A DNA stretch of 64,000 bases from Callorhinchus milii (lineage: Eukaryota), in assembly GCF_018977255.1 (NCBI RefSeq), contig NW_024704743.1, forward strand, positions 23,500,001 through 23,564,000. Reading direction: 5' to 3'. The position numbers and the translations under genes were made by a program. The notes beneath the pieces are model-generated. The model was not told the DNA's origin. It did no database searches and saw only the letters and a program-made list of their open reading frames with translations. Below, piece after piece: positions 49,437-63,664 of the stretch; the stretch's first letter is position 1; every line of letters starts with the position of its first letter.

Positions 49437-50629
49437 AGACATCTCAAAGCGCTTCACAGGATATACTGGTGGGGTGATTTGGTACAAGAAATAAAGCCGC
49501 TCTTCTCTGTCCCCTGAAGGTAAGAAGATTTTTCATTTAGAAGAATGGAAGGCAGCATGTCTTGAATAATTTATGGCACATCACATCATGCTAATTGATA
49601 TGTTTTTAAACTCTTACCTTCCGATAAAGTCGCTCTGATGACATCTATAGCAAACATTTATTGTAAATTCAGGCGCAACTTCTAGAAAGGTTTCTTTGAA
49701 TGTGAAGAATAGTGGAGCTTTTAACTTGGATTCTTCACACTAGTCCTGGAGTAAAACGGAAAACCTGTGAAATTATTTTTGTTCACCGTAAGATGGCCGG
49801 CACTTTCAGAGGTTTTGATGCAGCTAGAGCTAACAACAAAGGCCTTTGCCATATTGGCTTCACAGTCATGAAAGACAAAGTACAGGCCGATATTTCAAAC
49901 CCCATTAAATTATTACTTTTCATTTTCTCCCAAGGATATTGATGACCTACTTGGCTGCATTACCTGAAACAAAGAGTAATGCTGTACTCTCAGAAGGCAC
50001 GTGGTCTAATAGCAAAATTGACAGATACATTATTGTCAGATTAACCTCAGTTTTCCCTCCCCCTCCTCGGATCTCCTGTGGTTTCACTTGTATCAGGAAT
50101 CTAGGTAACCGAGAGTAACTTACAGTCAATGCATATAACCTTGTAGGGGCAGATGAGAAAAACATACAAAAATCAATTTCAAACAAACCAGGAACCCTTT
50201 GTTTCTCCACACTATATGCTTGCTTTTAGGATCCTCATTAGACACAGTCTCTAATTGCTTTTCTTAAGCACAATTATTAAATTGACCTTCACTTGCCCTT
50301 AATTAGCCACAATTGAAAGTCCTGATGAAGGTTGGTACGGGGTTCTCCCCAGAGCCCAGCCATCCACGAAAGATATCCGTCATGCAAAATGGTCTACAGT
50401 TAGACAGTCATATTGAGACACATGTGCCAGCCTGCCTCCAAAGGTAGACCAGAGGCTCAGCACTTTCTTTACCATTTCTGATGGATTAGCTGAAAATGAT
50501 TAATTCAAAACCACTGCCCATTTTGAAAAAGTTTCTTTCTATTTGAATTTAGTTTTAGAATTAAAGGGAATATGCCATCTTTTAAATCATTTTGTATCTA
50601 ATTTGTCCCTTGCATGAGAGGTATGCTTG

Positions 50630-51925
50630 TTCAGACAGATGTTTAGGATCTCATGGCACTATTTGAAAAGAGAAGGGAATTTCTCTCAATGTGCTGTCCA
50701 ACAATCCCCCAAGTAAAATTGTTCATTCACTCCATGAGTGTTTGTGGGACGTTGAGAGTGAAGAGCAGGGGACCTCAGGGCCTTTCGGTCCCCTCCTCTT
50801 GACCCTCTACATGCTGCCCCTTGGTGACATCATCCGGAGACATGGGGTAAATTTCCACATGTAAGCGGATGACACCCAACTCTATCTCTCTGCCTCCACC
50901 CTCAACTCCAGGACCACTGGCGTCCTGACCGACTGCCTGTCCAACATCAAGTCCTGGATGAGGGACAACTTTTTCCAACTGAACGTCAGCAAGACCGATG
51001 CCCTTCTGATTGGCTCACACCTGCGCCTCCGCACCTCAGGCACTGGCAGCATCAGCCTCCACGGCTGCACACTCAACCTCACTAAGCCAGTCAGGAACCT
51101 GGGTGTCTTGTTTGACCCTGAACTGTCCTTTCTCCCCCACATCCGTGCCATGACCGGCACTGCCTATCACCACCTCTGCAACATTGCCAGACTCCGCCAC
51201 TGCCTCACCCCTCAGGCTGCCGAGACCCTCACCCACGCATTCGTCACATCAAGGCTCGATTACGGGAACTCCCTCCTCATCGGCCTTCCCAACTATTCCC
51301 TTCACAAGCTGCAGATCATCCAAAACTCTGCAGCTCGTGTACTCACACACACCGGGCTCTGTGACCCCATCATTCCCTCCCTCGCCCGACTCCACTGGCT
51401 CCCCATCCTCCAGAGGATCGAATTCAAGATCCTCGTCCTCACTTTCAAGGCCATCCCTCCATTCAGCGGGCTCCGATCTGCTCCATTCTCCCGCCCGACC
51501 CGCCCTACCATCGATGGCCAGGCTTTCAGCCTCTCTGCCCACACACTGTGGAACTCCATCCCACAGTCCCTTCACCTCGCTTCCTCCCTTGCCCCCTTCA
51601 AGGCTGGTCTCAAGACCCTCCTCTTCGATCGTGCCTTCAGTCGTCCTCCCACTTCTCTGCCTTCCCTCACCCCTACACATCACTCCCCCATGCTCGGATC
51701 TTGACCCCTGACTGAACTGCATATTGAGATGTCCTCCCGATGTGAAGGGCGCTCTATAAATGTAACTTTGTTGTTGTTGTTGATTGCTGTGTGCAAATTG
51801 ATTGCTGTGTTCCCCTATAAATACACTATCACTATATTTCAAAGTAATTTCTGAGAATTGCTTCCTGACAAAAAAGGCAGTATATCAAATGCAACAATTA
51901 TTATTAAAATGCAAGGATTATTATT
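50630..51925 (+). mobile_element. Deu-type SINE (50630-50754 plus 51783-51925) split by an L2 insertion
   Basis: ...GTTTGTGGGACGTTG | L2 | ATTGCTGTGTGCAAATTG... Confidence 0.75.
50770..51782 (+). mobile_element. L2 LINE 3' ~1 kb
   Basis: [16 protein letters not shown], stop at the Y of YADD, ORF 50958-51704 with SRLDYGNSLL and LHWLPI. Confidence 0.94.
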
Positions 51926-51934
51926 TGTTACTGC

Positions 51935-52230
51935 TTCAGGTCCCCTGCACTTTTGGTCCCACCATTGGTGGTTGGGCATTCAGCATCTCTGCCCCCACAT
52001 TCTGTAACTCTATCCCGCAATCTCTCCACCTAGCCCCCTATCTTGCCTCCATCAATTCCTGTCTAAAGAGCTTCCTCTTCGACCATGCCTTCAGTCAACC
52101 TCCAAACCCCTGCCCTCCATCTCTCCTGACCCCATCTTGGGTCCAAAAAACCCTAAGTGTCTAGCGCCCTGGGACATCTTTCTGACGAGAAGGGCACTAT
52201 ACAAGTGTAATTTGTTGTTGATGTTGCTGT
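51935..52230 (+). mobile_element. L2 3' end
   Basis: PTIGGWAFSISAP...LKSFLFDHAF and tail. Confidence 0.8.
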
Positions 52231-52589
52231 TACAGCCTATTGCTGTGCCAGAGGTCTCTCACTTGTAACTGACCCAGCAGTGTCACCGGCAACTGTCATG
52301 CTATCATTGTATGTCCCTAGTGTTGTAACAATGATCAGCCCAGTGCACGACCCAACCCATATGAAATGTTTACGGACTCTGAATGTGACAAATGTAATTG
52401 TTTACAGAAAGGATTTGACAAGATAGATTTTTCACTCGGATTCCTCAAGATGATTCGGTATTAGAAAGAATTACTGCATAACTATGAAAGATTATTAAAA
52501 TGTGGCATTTCATATCTGTGATTTCTTCTTCTGTGCATTTTGACAGTATTGAGGACATTCATTAGCTGTCTCTTTATTTATTGACCCTA

Positions 52590-54248
52590 TTATCACACCC
52601 CTCCTCAAGAAATCTTCCCTTGATCTCTCTAATCTCTCACACTACCGTCCCATCTTACTTTTTTTTAATTACTCAACACGTCTAATCCCTCAAGAAAAGA
52701 AATAATAAATTGGTCACTTCAATCCACGACTGTTTGTGGGACACTGCTGTGCGTAATTGGCTGCCGCGTTTCGCCCACAAATGTACAGTCAATTCACTTT
52801 ACAGCATATTCTGTGAAGCACTTTGAGACGTCTAGAAGACGTGAAAAGCGCTTTTTCGCATGCAAGGATTATTATTATTATTATCTCCAACCTACCCTTC
52901 TTCGCCATAGTCCTGGAATGCATTGTTGCAGGTCAACTTCAGTCACACTTCTCCCTCCACTCCCTCCTCGAGCCCCGGCTGTCTGGTTTTCACCCTGCCC
53001 ACAGCCCAGAGACAGTGCTTGTCAAAGTCACAAATTAAATTCTCTCTATCTGTGACCATGGCTCCCTCTGCAGCCTCGTCCTCCTGGATCTCTCTGCCAC
53101 ATTCAACACAGTCGACCACACCATCCTCCTCCACCGCCTCTCCTCCTTCATTCTCCCTCGTGGGACCCCACTCACAAGGTTCGAGTCCTACTTAACCAAC
53201 TGCCTCCATTTCATCTCTGCAAATGTTTTCTACTCCTGCCCCTACCCAGTCGCCTGTGGGGTACCCCAGGGCTCCATCCTTGGCCCTCTTCTTTTCCTTA
53301 TCTACATGCTCCCTCTGGGCGATGTCATCTGCAGACACGGGGTAAACTTCCACATGTATGCTGATGACACACAAATCTACTTAGCCTCCTCCAGTACCAA
53401 TTCCAGGTCCACTGATGTTCTATCAGCTTGTCTGGCAGACATCACGGCCTGGATGAGGGTAAACTTCCTGCAGCTGAATGTGGACAAGACGGAAGCCATA
53501 CTCCTTGGCTCCCGTCAATGTCTTCACTCCTGCGGATCTAAGCTCCTCAACCTTCCTTGGCTCTCCCTCATACTCACCGAACCAGTGCGCAATCTAGGTG
53601 TCTAGTTCGACCTCCAGCTGTCCTTCCTCTCCCACATCCAATTCCTGACGCCAAATGCAGCCAAAACCCTTGTGCATGCGTTTGTCACCTCCCATCTGGA
53701 TTACTCAAACGCACTCCTCGTTGGTCTCCCCAGCTCCACTATTCAAGAGATTCAGCTCATTCAGAACTCTGCCGCTTGCATACTGACCCGGATCAAGGTC
53801 TGTACCCACATCTCACCAGTTCTGTCCAGGCTCCACTGGCTCCCCATCACCGAACGCATCGACTTCAAGATCCTCACTCTTGTGTTCAAATCCCTTCACT
53901 CCCTGGCACCTCCCCACCTCTCCGACCTCTTCACTCCCCAATCCACCACCCGGCATTTCCGCTCGATTGGCACCGGCCTCCTGCTCGTCCCCCGCACCCT
54001 CCGTCCCCCCATCGGAGGTCACGCTTTCAGCCACTACTCCCCGGAAATCTGGAACACTCTCCCTCAATTCCTCCGCCTTGGCCCCTCTCTCCCCTTTTTC
54101 AGGTCCCGCCCGAAAACCTTCCTCTTCGACTGTGCTTATGGCCACGTGCCCCCCCACCTCTCCCGGCTCGAAGTCAGGCTCGGCCACTGTTAAGCGCTCT
54201 GAGATGCTACCCTGCATGGGGGTGCTATATAAGTATAAGTTGTTGTTG
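52590..54248 (+). mobile_element. L2 LINE RT fragment (TATCCT/TACCCT-loop lineage) with a SINE inserted at ~52656-52882
   Basis: YRPI|SNLPF split by the SINE with ATCT on both sides; GVPQGSILGP, YADDTQIY, LDYSNALL. Confidence 0.93.
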
Positions 54249-57200
54249 GTACCAGGAAATCGCTGGACAGTGGCATTGTAGATGTGACCCCCAGCTCAAA
54301 GTTGTTTTCCTTTAGATGAATCCAGAAAGAACTTGTATTGAACAGCTTAAGAAACTTTGTGGGGGTGGAAGAATTGCGTTGTCTGATGTGATAAATATCA
54401 CACCGAGAGAAAATGTGGATATTTTGTGTCCTGTCCTTAGCAATAGGTTTGTAACTGAACCTCTGCAACTTCTGGAGAATGTTTTTTTCATTCAGGAATT
54501 AATCGCTTAAAACTGAATCAGTGGCCTGCTGAATGTTGCTAGAATGAGGGAACCTATTTTCTCAACATTCGTCAGCCTAACTGAGTTGTACATTAAAATG
54601 TTACTTTCAAAATTATTTTTAGGCCACCACCTAGCAAAGAAATGTGCAATCTTTCGTTTCTGGTGGTGTGATTAAAGATCCTGGTGACCTGGGGGGATTA
54701 CAGAATGGGACCAGGCAAGAAAACAGAGTGGGGAGAGCTTGAGATAGGGAAAGGTGATTGAGAGACAGAGAAGGACAGCAGTTTATCTCTGAACCAGCAC
54801 CTTGGCGGGCATAGTAGAGGGGATGGAAAACTCTTCAGTTGAGAGCCTCATGAAGATGATGATGTGCAGCTGAATTGCAATGAGATCTGGTGCCTCTGTA
54901 TTACAGGTCTGCAGTAAACATCAAGGTGCATCTGGGGTAAATCCAGCATGGAAGCTGAGACACCAGCTGTTTTGTCTGCTCATCTCTGTCTGTCTGTCAC
55001 AGTGCAGGTAGCAGTTTAAAACCATCAGCACATTACATACAAAACTATCGTCAAAACCGACCTCACTGCAAGCGATTCAAAATAAAATTATGGTAGTGAT
55101 TTTGGTAAATCTCAGCAATTTCTGACATAGTTACAATAAATAGAACATTTTTTTAAAAAAAGAAGTATTTATAACTAGACAGAACAGAAGTGGCTATTAT
55201 TCATCCCTCACAATAAGATCTATGTTACTGAACTGACCTGAGACCTGTAGATTATAGGAGGTCGGGACCCTGACAAGACAAAGAACAGAGAGTAATTGAG
55301 GATTCACTGTGATTTGGGCTGGATTTGTGATTTAATCCAGTCTATCAGTTTTTATCTTTTAGTGAATGTTTCTAAAGAAATTAATTTCTTTTTTCCCGCT
55401 TATAATTTCCACATCACGTCATTAACATGCCAAAACCACTCCGGGTGAAATACTCCACTTGTGGCTAAATATAGTGACTTTGACAATGTTCCATTGTAAG
55501 CACACAACCTCAAAGGTGCTGTGTTGAGGAGCAAGATGGATTTCACCCCTCTATATCTGAGCTACACAAGAACAGCCAGAAGTCTTTGCTTTTCATCCCT
55601 TCTCCGGGTGAAGCGTCTGCTTTCCACATGACAATTACAGCATGGCTGATCTTGGGACTGTGGCTGCGGTCTCATGTCTTGCACTCCATGGTGCTTTTGT
55701 TCCCACCGTGTTTATATTTTGCTTTGTATGTGAATGGAGCTGGCAGGTCTTCCATTTCACCCTTTGACCAATGAACCAAACACGCACAATGTAACTTGCT
55801 GTCAAAAGAAAAGAGAGTTTATAGTTATTATTTTATCTGGGAGAGAGGTTGCTTTTCCTGAACATGAGGGTGAGGGACCTTAGCAATGAATTGTCTCGTT
55901 TCTCTTGTCAGTGTTGAGCATCTTCAGGTGAAATACACAACATGACAGTTTGTAGATTAAACTCTCTTTACTCTGCTCCAACCATGTAAAGAATTGAAAC
56001 CTAAGAAGAAAAGCCCCCCCCACCCACCCCCCTCTCTTCATAGTAGTGAGATTCTTATTTCTTGCCCTCCTTGTGTGGCCGGGCAATAGAACCTGAATAA
56101 CCTATTACAGTATGCCCCATTAGTAACTGGGTCACCTCATTTCTCATAGAACCCTTAGAGCCAGCAGAGACCCAGTTGTCATTAATCAGTTTGGTTTGAT
56201 TGAAAACCGGGTAAGCAGAAGTGAAAGGTCAGTGTTATCACCGACCGTACATTACCGATGCTACTTTTTGGCAGCCTGCTGACTCATTCACGTTTCTGCT
56301 CTCAGAGTGAAGGGGCAGCAAAGCCCAAGAGCAAACTGTTCATTTCAGAATTTAAACATCATGGAAATTGATCAAAGTAAGCTGAGATGTTGTAGGACAC
56401 AGGAAGCGTGCTGCTATCACCAGGACATCTCAGTTCCTACATGTTCGCAGAGAGAGAGAGAGAGCGTATTGGTGCTGTCAGGGCAGCCTTGCTCATCCAT
56501 CATAGGAAGTGAAGTTTCAATATTTATGGTACAGACATAGTATGTCGTGCACCATACAGTGGTATATTTTGACTGGGTATTTAATCTGTTTTTTTTTGAT
56601 ATTCTAACCAACAGATATGCTGTTTGTATAAGTGACTCTTCTACTAAGTCTCTGTCAACTGGTGGAGTTGAAAAAGCTGCAGCTTTTAGCTTTAAAACCA
56701 TCTTTGGGGATTTTTCTTGTTGTAGCTACAGAGGCGAGATTGAGCAGATGAAGGTCACAGCTTTGCTGTTTGCATACCACTGCCAGAAGCGAGTTACTGC
56801 CTGGACCACAGGTGTTGCTATAGCATTTTGTTTGCGTTTCGCTGCTGGCATTCTTCCCCCTATTCCCAGCTGTGCTTGCTGTTTCATTGTTGCCAACAGC
56901 GATCCATCCCTGGTGTTGGGGGTATCAACATTACAAACCCACATATCATTGAAACTTCTCATTAATATAGGGGAAAAGAGATGCCATTTGATTTTGGTCT
57001 CTTGTCATTGGGAAAAATAGGATCAAAAATCTGATATTTGAAATCAGGTATATTGCATTCATTGCAACTTCCATGATTCACAATTTTGAAATCATAACTG
57101 TAACGACAACTTTCAAATCCTTAAAAGTTTGAGACTTTACAAAGGCCGACTTTTCAAGGCTAAGATGTCATTCTGTGGCACTGCTCCAAAATTCTGTGTT

Positions 57201-58179
57201 TTCCAAGTTGACAAAGTCAAAGGCATCACCAGTCAATCCATTGGCCTTTGGGCCCAACTATTTTCACAGAGTTGAGGGTGAGGTGTTCACCTCTCTCAAA
57301 GTGATCGAGGGGGAATGTACCAAAAATAGAAAATCCAATGATGTGTTGATTTGTGTTGAGACATCCACCCAACCTGACAGGCATTATATCAAATTCAAGG
57401 ATTATAAATATTATTATCAATAATAATTACTGCTAGCGATTATTATGATGTGGCGAGTCACATATAGCCCAGTCTATTCTTGTGGAAACATTGAAAATTA
57501 TTGATATTCCCTGCATTACTCTAGAAATGTGTCTGATTTCATTTCAATCCTACTATTACATTCCTGTCCTTCGAAAATGAAATACAACACAGCTCCCATT
57601 GATATTTAATTCAATTGATGTTCTAGAGTACAAGGTGGCAGTGTAAGAAATGCATGGTTGTAATGGAAGAAATGGTCATGTAAAAAGTGAGGAATGTCGG
57701 TGCTGGCAATGGGAGCTCACAATTTTTACATATTTACAAGCTTCCTGACAATATCTCAACTTCGAAATGATTCCACAATAACATGATAATTCTTAATGGC
57801 TGCACCACTGTTTTTGTCGAGCAGTTTGAGATAATATTTGCCAACGTAAATGCAACATGTCGCTCTATTGCACTGTAACCACATTTCACTGTTCATTTTG
57901 GAAAGGCACATCGCTTTAGTTTGCAATGTTGCAAAATGAGAACTCTCAGCTATACTGTAGTTGGATCCTTTGTCCCCTGCCTGTTTCACTGGTTTAGATG
58001 AAGAAAGACCTTTGGCTCATTTGATCTTATCCTTCCAGAATAATCACGCTATTCACTTTCCCATAACAACAACAAATTACATTTGTATAGCGCCTTTCAG
58101 GTCAGGAAGACTCTAACAACATCAAACTGATTCTTAATTGAATGAAACAAAGTTTGGGAATTTTTGTTTGGTCGACCCA

Positions 58180-58570
58180 TCCATTGCCCAGCTCCCCAGC
58201 CTCCCCAACTCTACCCTACATAAGCTACAGATCAACCAAATTTCACCAGCCCTCATACTTTTCCTTTCTAGGCTCTATGAACCTAAGGGTGAAACCTTGA
58301 GCAAGTTTCCCTACTCCGCATGCCTGATAATAATCCCTCAAGAACAAAAAANCAATAAATTGGTGACTCAATCCACAACTGTTTGTGGGACACTGCTGTG
58401 CACAATTGGCTGCTGTGTTTCGCCCACAAAATCTACAGTCAATTCACTTTACAGTATATTCTGTGAAGCGCTTTGAAATGTCTAGAAGATATGAAAAGTG
58501 CTATATCAAATGTAAGGATTATTATTATTTATTATAACCCCCATCCATGCCAGGCTCCACTGGTTCTCTA
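58180..58570 (+). mobile_element. L2 fragment split by a short-subtype SINE (~58285-58535)
   Basis: LPNSTLHKLQI...SRLYEP | SINE | [10 protein letters not shown]. Confidence 0.78.
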
Positions 58571-59589
58571 GTCTTGGAAGTTGCTTCTTTTGGAGAAATT
58601 AGCTTTGGCTCTACAAAAATTTGAACATTGGATATTATGAAACACAATTCTCCTGATTCCTGAAAACATTGGGGTGGAAAAGTTTTAGGTTGAGGCTATG
58701 CACTGTACTTGTCACCTCAGCCATTCCTCATCAGAGAATGTATATTTAATAATAATAATTCTAACATTGGATATATCATCTTCCATGACAACAGAACTAT
58801 CTCCAAGGTACTCAGGTAGACTAACACCCTAGCACACTGTGCCACACATGCTGTATATTAGCAAAGTAGTCTGAATATTTTGATGAGGTGTTAGCACTGA
58901 AGAAGAATTGCAATGAAATTCTGCATAAAAAGAAACCCTCGCACAAGGCTGTATGAATGAGGATTCTCGCCACCAGCACACATTGCTTGTGTGAATGCAC
59001 AAATAACATTCTTGGCTGGTGTCCTGATGCTAATCTAGATAACCTGCCTGATTCCCATTGTCAAACCTAAGCTCTTGGCTTGTCCTGAAGTATCAAGAGG
59101 GCACATGGTTTTAATTCAATCTCTCGTGGTGTTTAGCAGACAGGGGGCTAAAGGGGAACTTTGCTTAATTTAGGTGGACAGGTTAATATACCATGAAGCA
59201 GAATATGTAGACCTGCCAGCGAATGGTCAGCTTCTTTCAGGCCATCTCTTTAATATGCCTTGACAGGTGGAGAGATATATTACCAGCTCTCTCCTTGCTG
59301 CATCATTTGACAGAGCTTTTTTAGTGAATAGTGTTTGCTATCCAATCTATCACATAGCTTGATTTCTAAATAGACATGACAGACATCCCTCTAGCTATTT
59401 GTAGTTGCAGAAACACACCATTGTATTTACTCTGTTTTGCCATTTTGCACGTATTTCGATATGTGACAGTTCAGAACAGAAATATCTTTGTGTTATTCAT
59501 GAGCCATTTATTGCGTTGTACTCATCCACTAGTACTGCCATTGTTTTGGTTTCACAGGATTGAGAATGGGTCTACCTATCTAAGACAAG

Positions 59590-60190
59590 TGTCAGCCTAA
59601 CTCAATTGGTAGCACTCTTGCCATATCAGGACTTGAATTCGTAGTCTGTATACTTCAGTGCATTCAGTCCTGCTTGGCTCCATGTGCCAATTGCCCGCAT
59701 CCTTGCCCTGCTCCACTGGCTGCATCAAGTTCAAGATTCTCACCTTAATCTTTAAATCGCTCCATAGACTTGCCCCACCCTACCTCCTCAGAACCTACAA
59801 ACCCGGTCTCTGCTTCATATCCTGTTGTGCCCACCGTCAGCAGTCGGGCTTTCAGGCTATCTACCTCCATCCTCTGGAACTCCATTCTGGAATCCCTTAG
59901 ACTTGCTCCTTCCCTTGCCTCCTTCAAGGTTCACCTCAAGACCTTCGTTGACCGTGCTTTGGACCATTGTTAACCCTGCCCCCTGCCCCCATTGCAGGTG
60001 CAGACCTTATACTTCCAGCACCCTGTGATGTCCTCCCAACCTGAAAGGCACTACAGATATGTCAGTTTGTATTGTATATACTTTATGGCTATTTGTGGGA
60101 CTTTGCTTAACACAAAATGGATGTACCATTTGCCGACAAGTAGTGAGTCATTCCAAAATTATAGATGTGACATCAAACACAAGGACTATT
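59590..60190 (+). mobile_element. Deu-type SINE remnants flanking an L2 3' fragment (~59660-60075)
   Basis: GTCAGCCTAACTCAATTGGTAGCACTC head; IKFKILTLIFKSLH, LWNSI, SFKVHLKTF. Confidence 0.7.
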
Positions 60191-62639
60191 CTTATCTCAC
60201 TAAGACAGACATTATTGCAGACCTACCAAGTGAGTCATCCCCTTTAGTTCTGATACCACATTGCCTAATTTGAAAGGGTAAAGAGCTGTGTCATACTAAG
60301 TCTGGAGCAAAATCAACCGAGTTACCCAGCATGTTGGCATGCCATTACCTTTTCTTTTAAAAAATGACCCACTGCAAATGAGGCTTCAGAATTCGGTTGG
60401 AAGTCCATGCATTAGGAATGGTAAAAAAAAAGGTTCTCACTCCAGAGGCCTGAAATTTCTTATAGTCAAACCCTTCAGATCATTGGCTTAAAAACTGAGA
60501 ATTGTGCAAAAGATGTGAAAAATTCTTAAATTCAGTCTTAATTTGGTAGCCAGTTTTTGCCTGTAAGAATTTGCCCCAATTTTGCAGTGAATTCTTTGAA
60601 GCATTTTCAGATGTCCTCCAATATGAAAGCCATTATACCAAACTCATAGATTATTATTATTATTATCGACAATTTTTATGTGCAATTTTTAAGCAGTGTT
60701 CCATGAACTAACAGTTGTTATATTGGGCACAACCTATGAATAAGTCTTGAATGAACTTATATAAATAGAGCACATGTGGCAGTAGTGAGCTAATGGAAAT
60801 TAGCTACATGTATGCTGTTTATCCAGTAAAGGAGTCCTGTAAACACATGATATCTGAGCCACATATTGTAACAAGAGTAATTAATTGGCAATCACTCCTG
60901 GCAAAAAAGCATTTGATGGGGGGATGGTAGGGTAGGTGTTCGTCCAAATCGATCTTGTGAGGAGGCTCAAAATAGTTTGAAACTAGCCCAGTGAGTGTCA
61001 TGGGGCATTATTACAGAAAATATGAAGACCTGGAGTGATCAAAAGGCTGTAATCTGTTTTTGGCTTGCTCCTCTGGTTTCCAAAGTTACCTGATGAGTTT
61101 GGTAGATGACCACCACCTTGCAGTCACTTCCAGCGATCATTATTCTGTTTATATCATGGACCTTCTGTCAGCGATATGTTCTGAGAATTCAATGAAATTT
61201 TAACAGCAATCTTTCTTCAGGAGTCAGCTGCAGCTCTTCCTTTGTTGCATTCTGTAGTTCTTTGGGTGAGGGATGGTAGTGCTGGAAATGGAACACTTTA
61301 TCATTCCAGGAGCCTTTGGGAGATATTCTACTTCTCACTAAGTGTAGCAACTTTGACAATGTGCTATCTTAGTGGAAATAACCCATTATAAACACATAAA
61401 ATGGCATATAACTTGTGTTTAAACTTATTAAATATTGGAGATCAATCACTTGGATATTCCAGTTGAACACTCCCCCACCCCCCCCCCCCGCCCACCCACC
61501 CACCACTCCCCACTTCCTTGTCCACAAACAGCATTCTCAATTGTGACATCCATGAAGCTAGGTCGCACATTTGTCTTATTATGTGACTCACTTTGAGATG
61601 TCCTTCCAACATGGAAGACGCTGTATAAAGACAAATTTCTTTCCTTTATTGGAGATGGAAGGAGAAAAAAGAGCAGCGTTTGTTAGCTCACACATTAAAT
61701 GTTAGGGCTTGTAGATATTCTGCACATGGTACTAGGAAGCTCTGTCCTCAGGGTTGTTCCATCATCTGGCAGGATCTGGTATACATCCGAATACCTGAAT
61801 GACTCATGTGAGCAAGAATTAGCATGATCGATTTAATGGGTCTCCAACTGCTTGAAAAATAATTGGCAAACAATTGAAGTGAACGATATTTAAAACAAAC
61901 TGTGCGATACTCCGGATTGACAATACTCAAAGTGTTGTAGCTGTTTTCAGTTCACTTCAATAAATACTGAGTGAACAGAAACAGAAAAGAGCCAATTTTG
62001 TAATTACCACTTATTGGAGCATAGCCATTGACTCCGAGCTTGGGTGTCTTACCAAATTTAGTTTGAACCTTTTTTCTTCATGTTAAAGGAAATGGACAGT
62101 TCAATGCAACTGATTGAGGAAAATCTCTGGCATGCTAATGTAGTTGTCAATGTTGGAAATCACAGACGTGCTGCCCTTTCAATTATAACTGTGTCAATCT
62201 ATTTTCCCAACATAAAACTTGCCTTTCAGTTAACTGTCAAATATCGATCAAGACAGATTATTCCTACTGTTGATTTAAATATAATGAACCTCCAGATACA
62301 AAATGTATTTGCATCTTGCTGCCCACAGTTTTTTTCTTGTGAAGGGCTATATAACCTGACTAGATTGACAATATTCAGTTCTTGGCGTAGAGTCTATAAA
62401 TTATTTTCAAGGAAATAAAATATGATGATTGAAGAGGAGCATTATAATAATAATAATTCTTGCATTTGATATAATTCCTTTCACATCTCAAAGTGCATCA
62501 TAGGATATACTGTAAAGTAGAGTGATTGTGTTTTGCGGGCATATGAGGAGCACGAAAATGTGACAAGTGTATAGCCACTGTAATTTACAGAAATGCCCTG
62601 TAACGTAGTTTGAGAAGTTTAGACATGTGTCTGCTATAT

Positions 62640-62965
62640 CAAATACAATACAGAATTACATTTGTATAGCGCCTTTCACATCGGTAGGATGTCCCAAGGC
62701 TCTGGACAGTCAGGGATTTGGACCTGAGCATTGGGGGGGTAGGGGGTGGGGGGGATGTGGGGGGATGGTGGTGGTAAAGGAGGGTGGAGGGCATGGAGGG
62801 TAGGAGGGTGACCAAAGGCACATTCGAAGAGGAGGGTCTTAAGACGTGCCTTGAAGGATGCCAGGGAGGGAGCAAGGTGAAGGGAATGTGGGATGGAATT
62901 CCAAAGGGTGGGGGCGGAGAGGTTGAAGTCCCGACTGCGGATGGTGGGGCGGGCTGGGACCGGAT
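62640..62965 (-). mobile_element. L2 3' end with a (TATTG)n-type tail
   Basis: SAPTLWNSIPHSLHLAPSLASFKARLKTLLF; tail ...GTAATTCTGTATTGTATT. Confidence 0.9.
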
Positions 62966-63344
62966 GCATAAATTATAATTATTAATATTGAAGTGCATGA
63001 GGAGAAGTCAGAGAGTGGGACTACATTAAATTGGCTCATATGGAGAAAAAAACACTGTCAGTGGCTGAGGCTTCAGTTCCTTTGCCCTTAACCTTTGGAA
63101 CTACCTCTATTACTCTGTCTCATCCTCTCTTTTTCTGTCTAAGTCCCACCTCATAACCTACCACTTCAAAAGTACCTATGACTACTTCCTACTCCCATTC
63201 TTCCTTGCTTGAAGTCCAACACATTTGCTCTCTGAAAGAATGAATAAAGTAGCTAATATAAATGCTCCTTTTATCAGGAGTCAAAGCTCCGCCTCCCATG
63301 TATGGACGGAATGCCCACTCAACCAAAGAAACTTGTTCCATTTA

Positions 63345-63664
63345 ATCATATTAATAATATTTCTTGCATTTGATATAGCGCTTTTCACGTCGGGAGGACG
63401 TCCCAAAGCGCTTCACAGAACACACTGTAAAGTGAATTGACTGTATATTTGTGGGCGAACGCGGCAGCCAATTGCACACAACAATGTCCCACAAACAGTC
63501 GTAGATTAAAAATAACCAATTTATTATTGTTTTTTGTTTTGGAGGGATTATTATTAGGCGTGTGGAGTAAGGAAACTTGCCCAACGTTTCGCCCTCTGCC
63601 TGGAATTGAACTCAGGTCTCTCGCTTGCAAAGCGAGTGCTCTAACCACTGAGCTACAGGACTCC
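63345..63664 (-). mobile_element. tRNA-Ala-derived SINE, short subtype, young full length
   Basis: Intact A and B boxes, perfect anticodon arm, CTCCC-loop tail. Confidence 0.95.

Noticed and set aside
49500..49980. AG|GT recursive-splice-like sites (49519 plus, 49963 minus)
   Set aside because: Opposite strands, imperfect consensus, no host gene established.
56417..57020. Minus-strand YHCMVH (hAT CxxH-like) and a 157-aa plus-strand ORF
   Set aside because: No other hAT motifs or terminal inverted repeats seen; consistent with chance.
62225..62300. Minus-strand IICLDRYLTV, resembling a GPCR DRY motif
   Set aside because: Stop codon two residues later, wrong Cys-to-DRY spacing, no other TM motifs.
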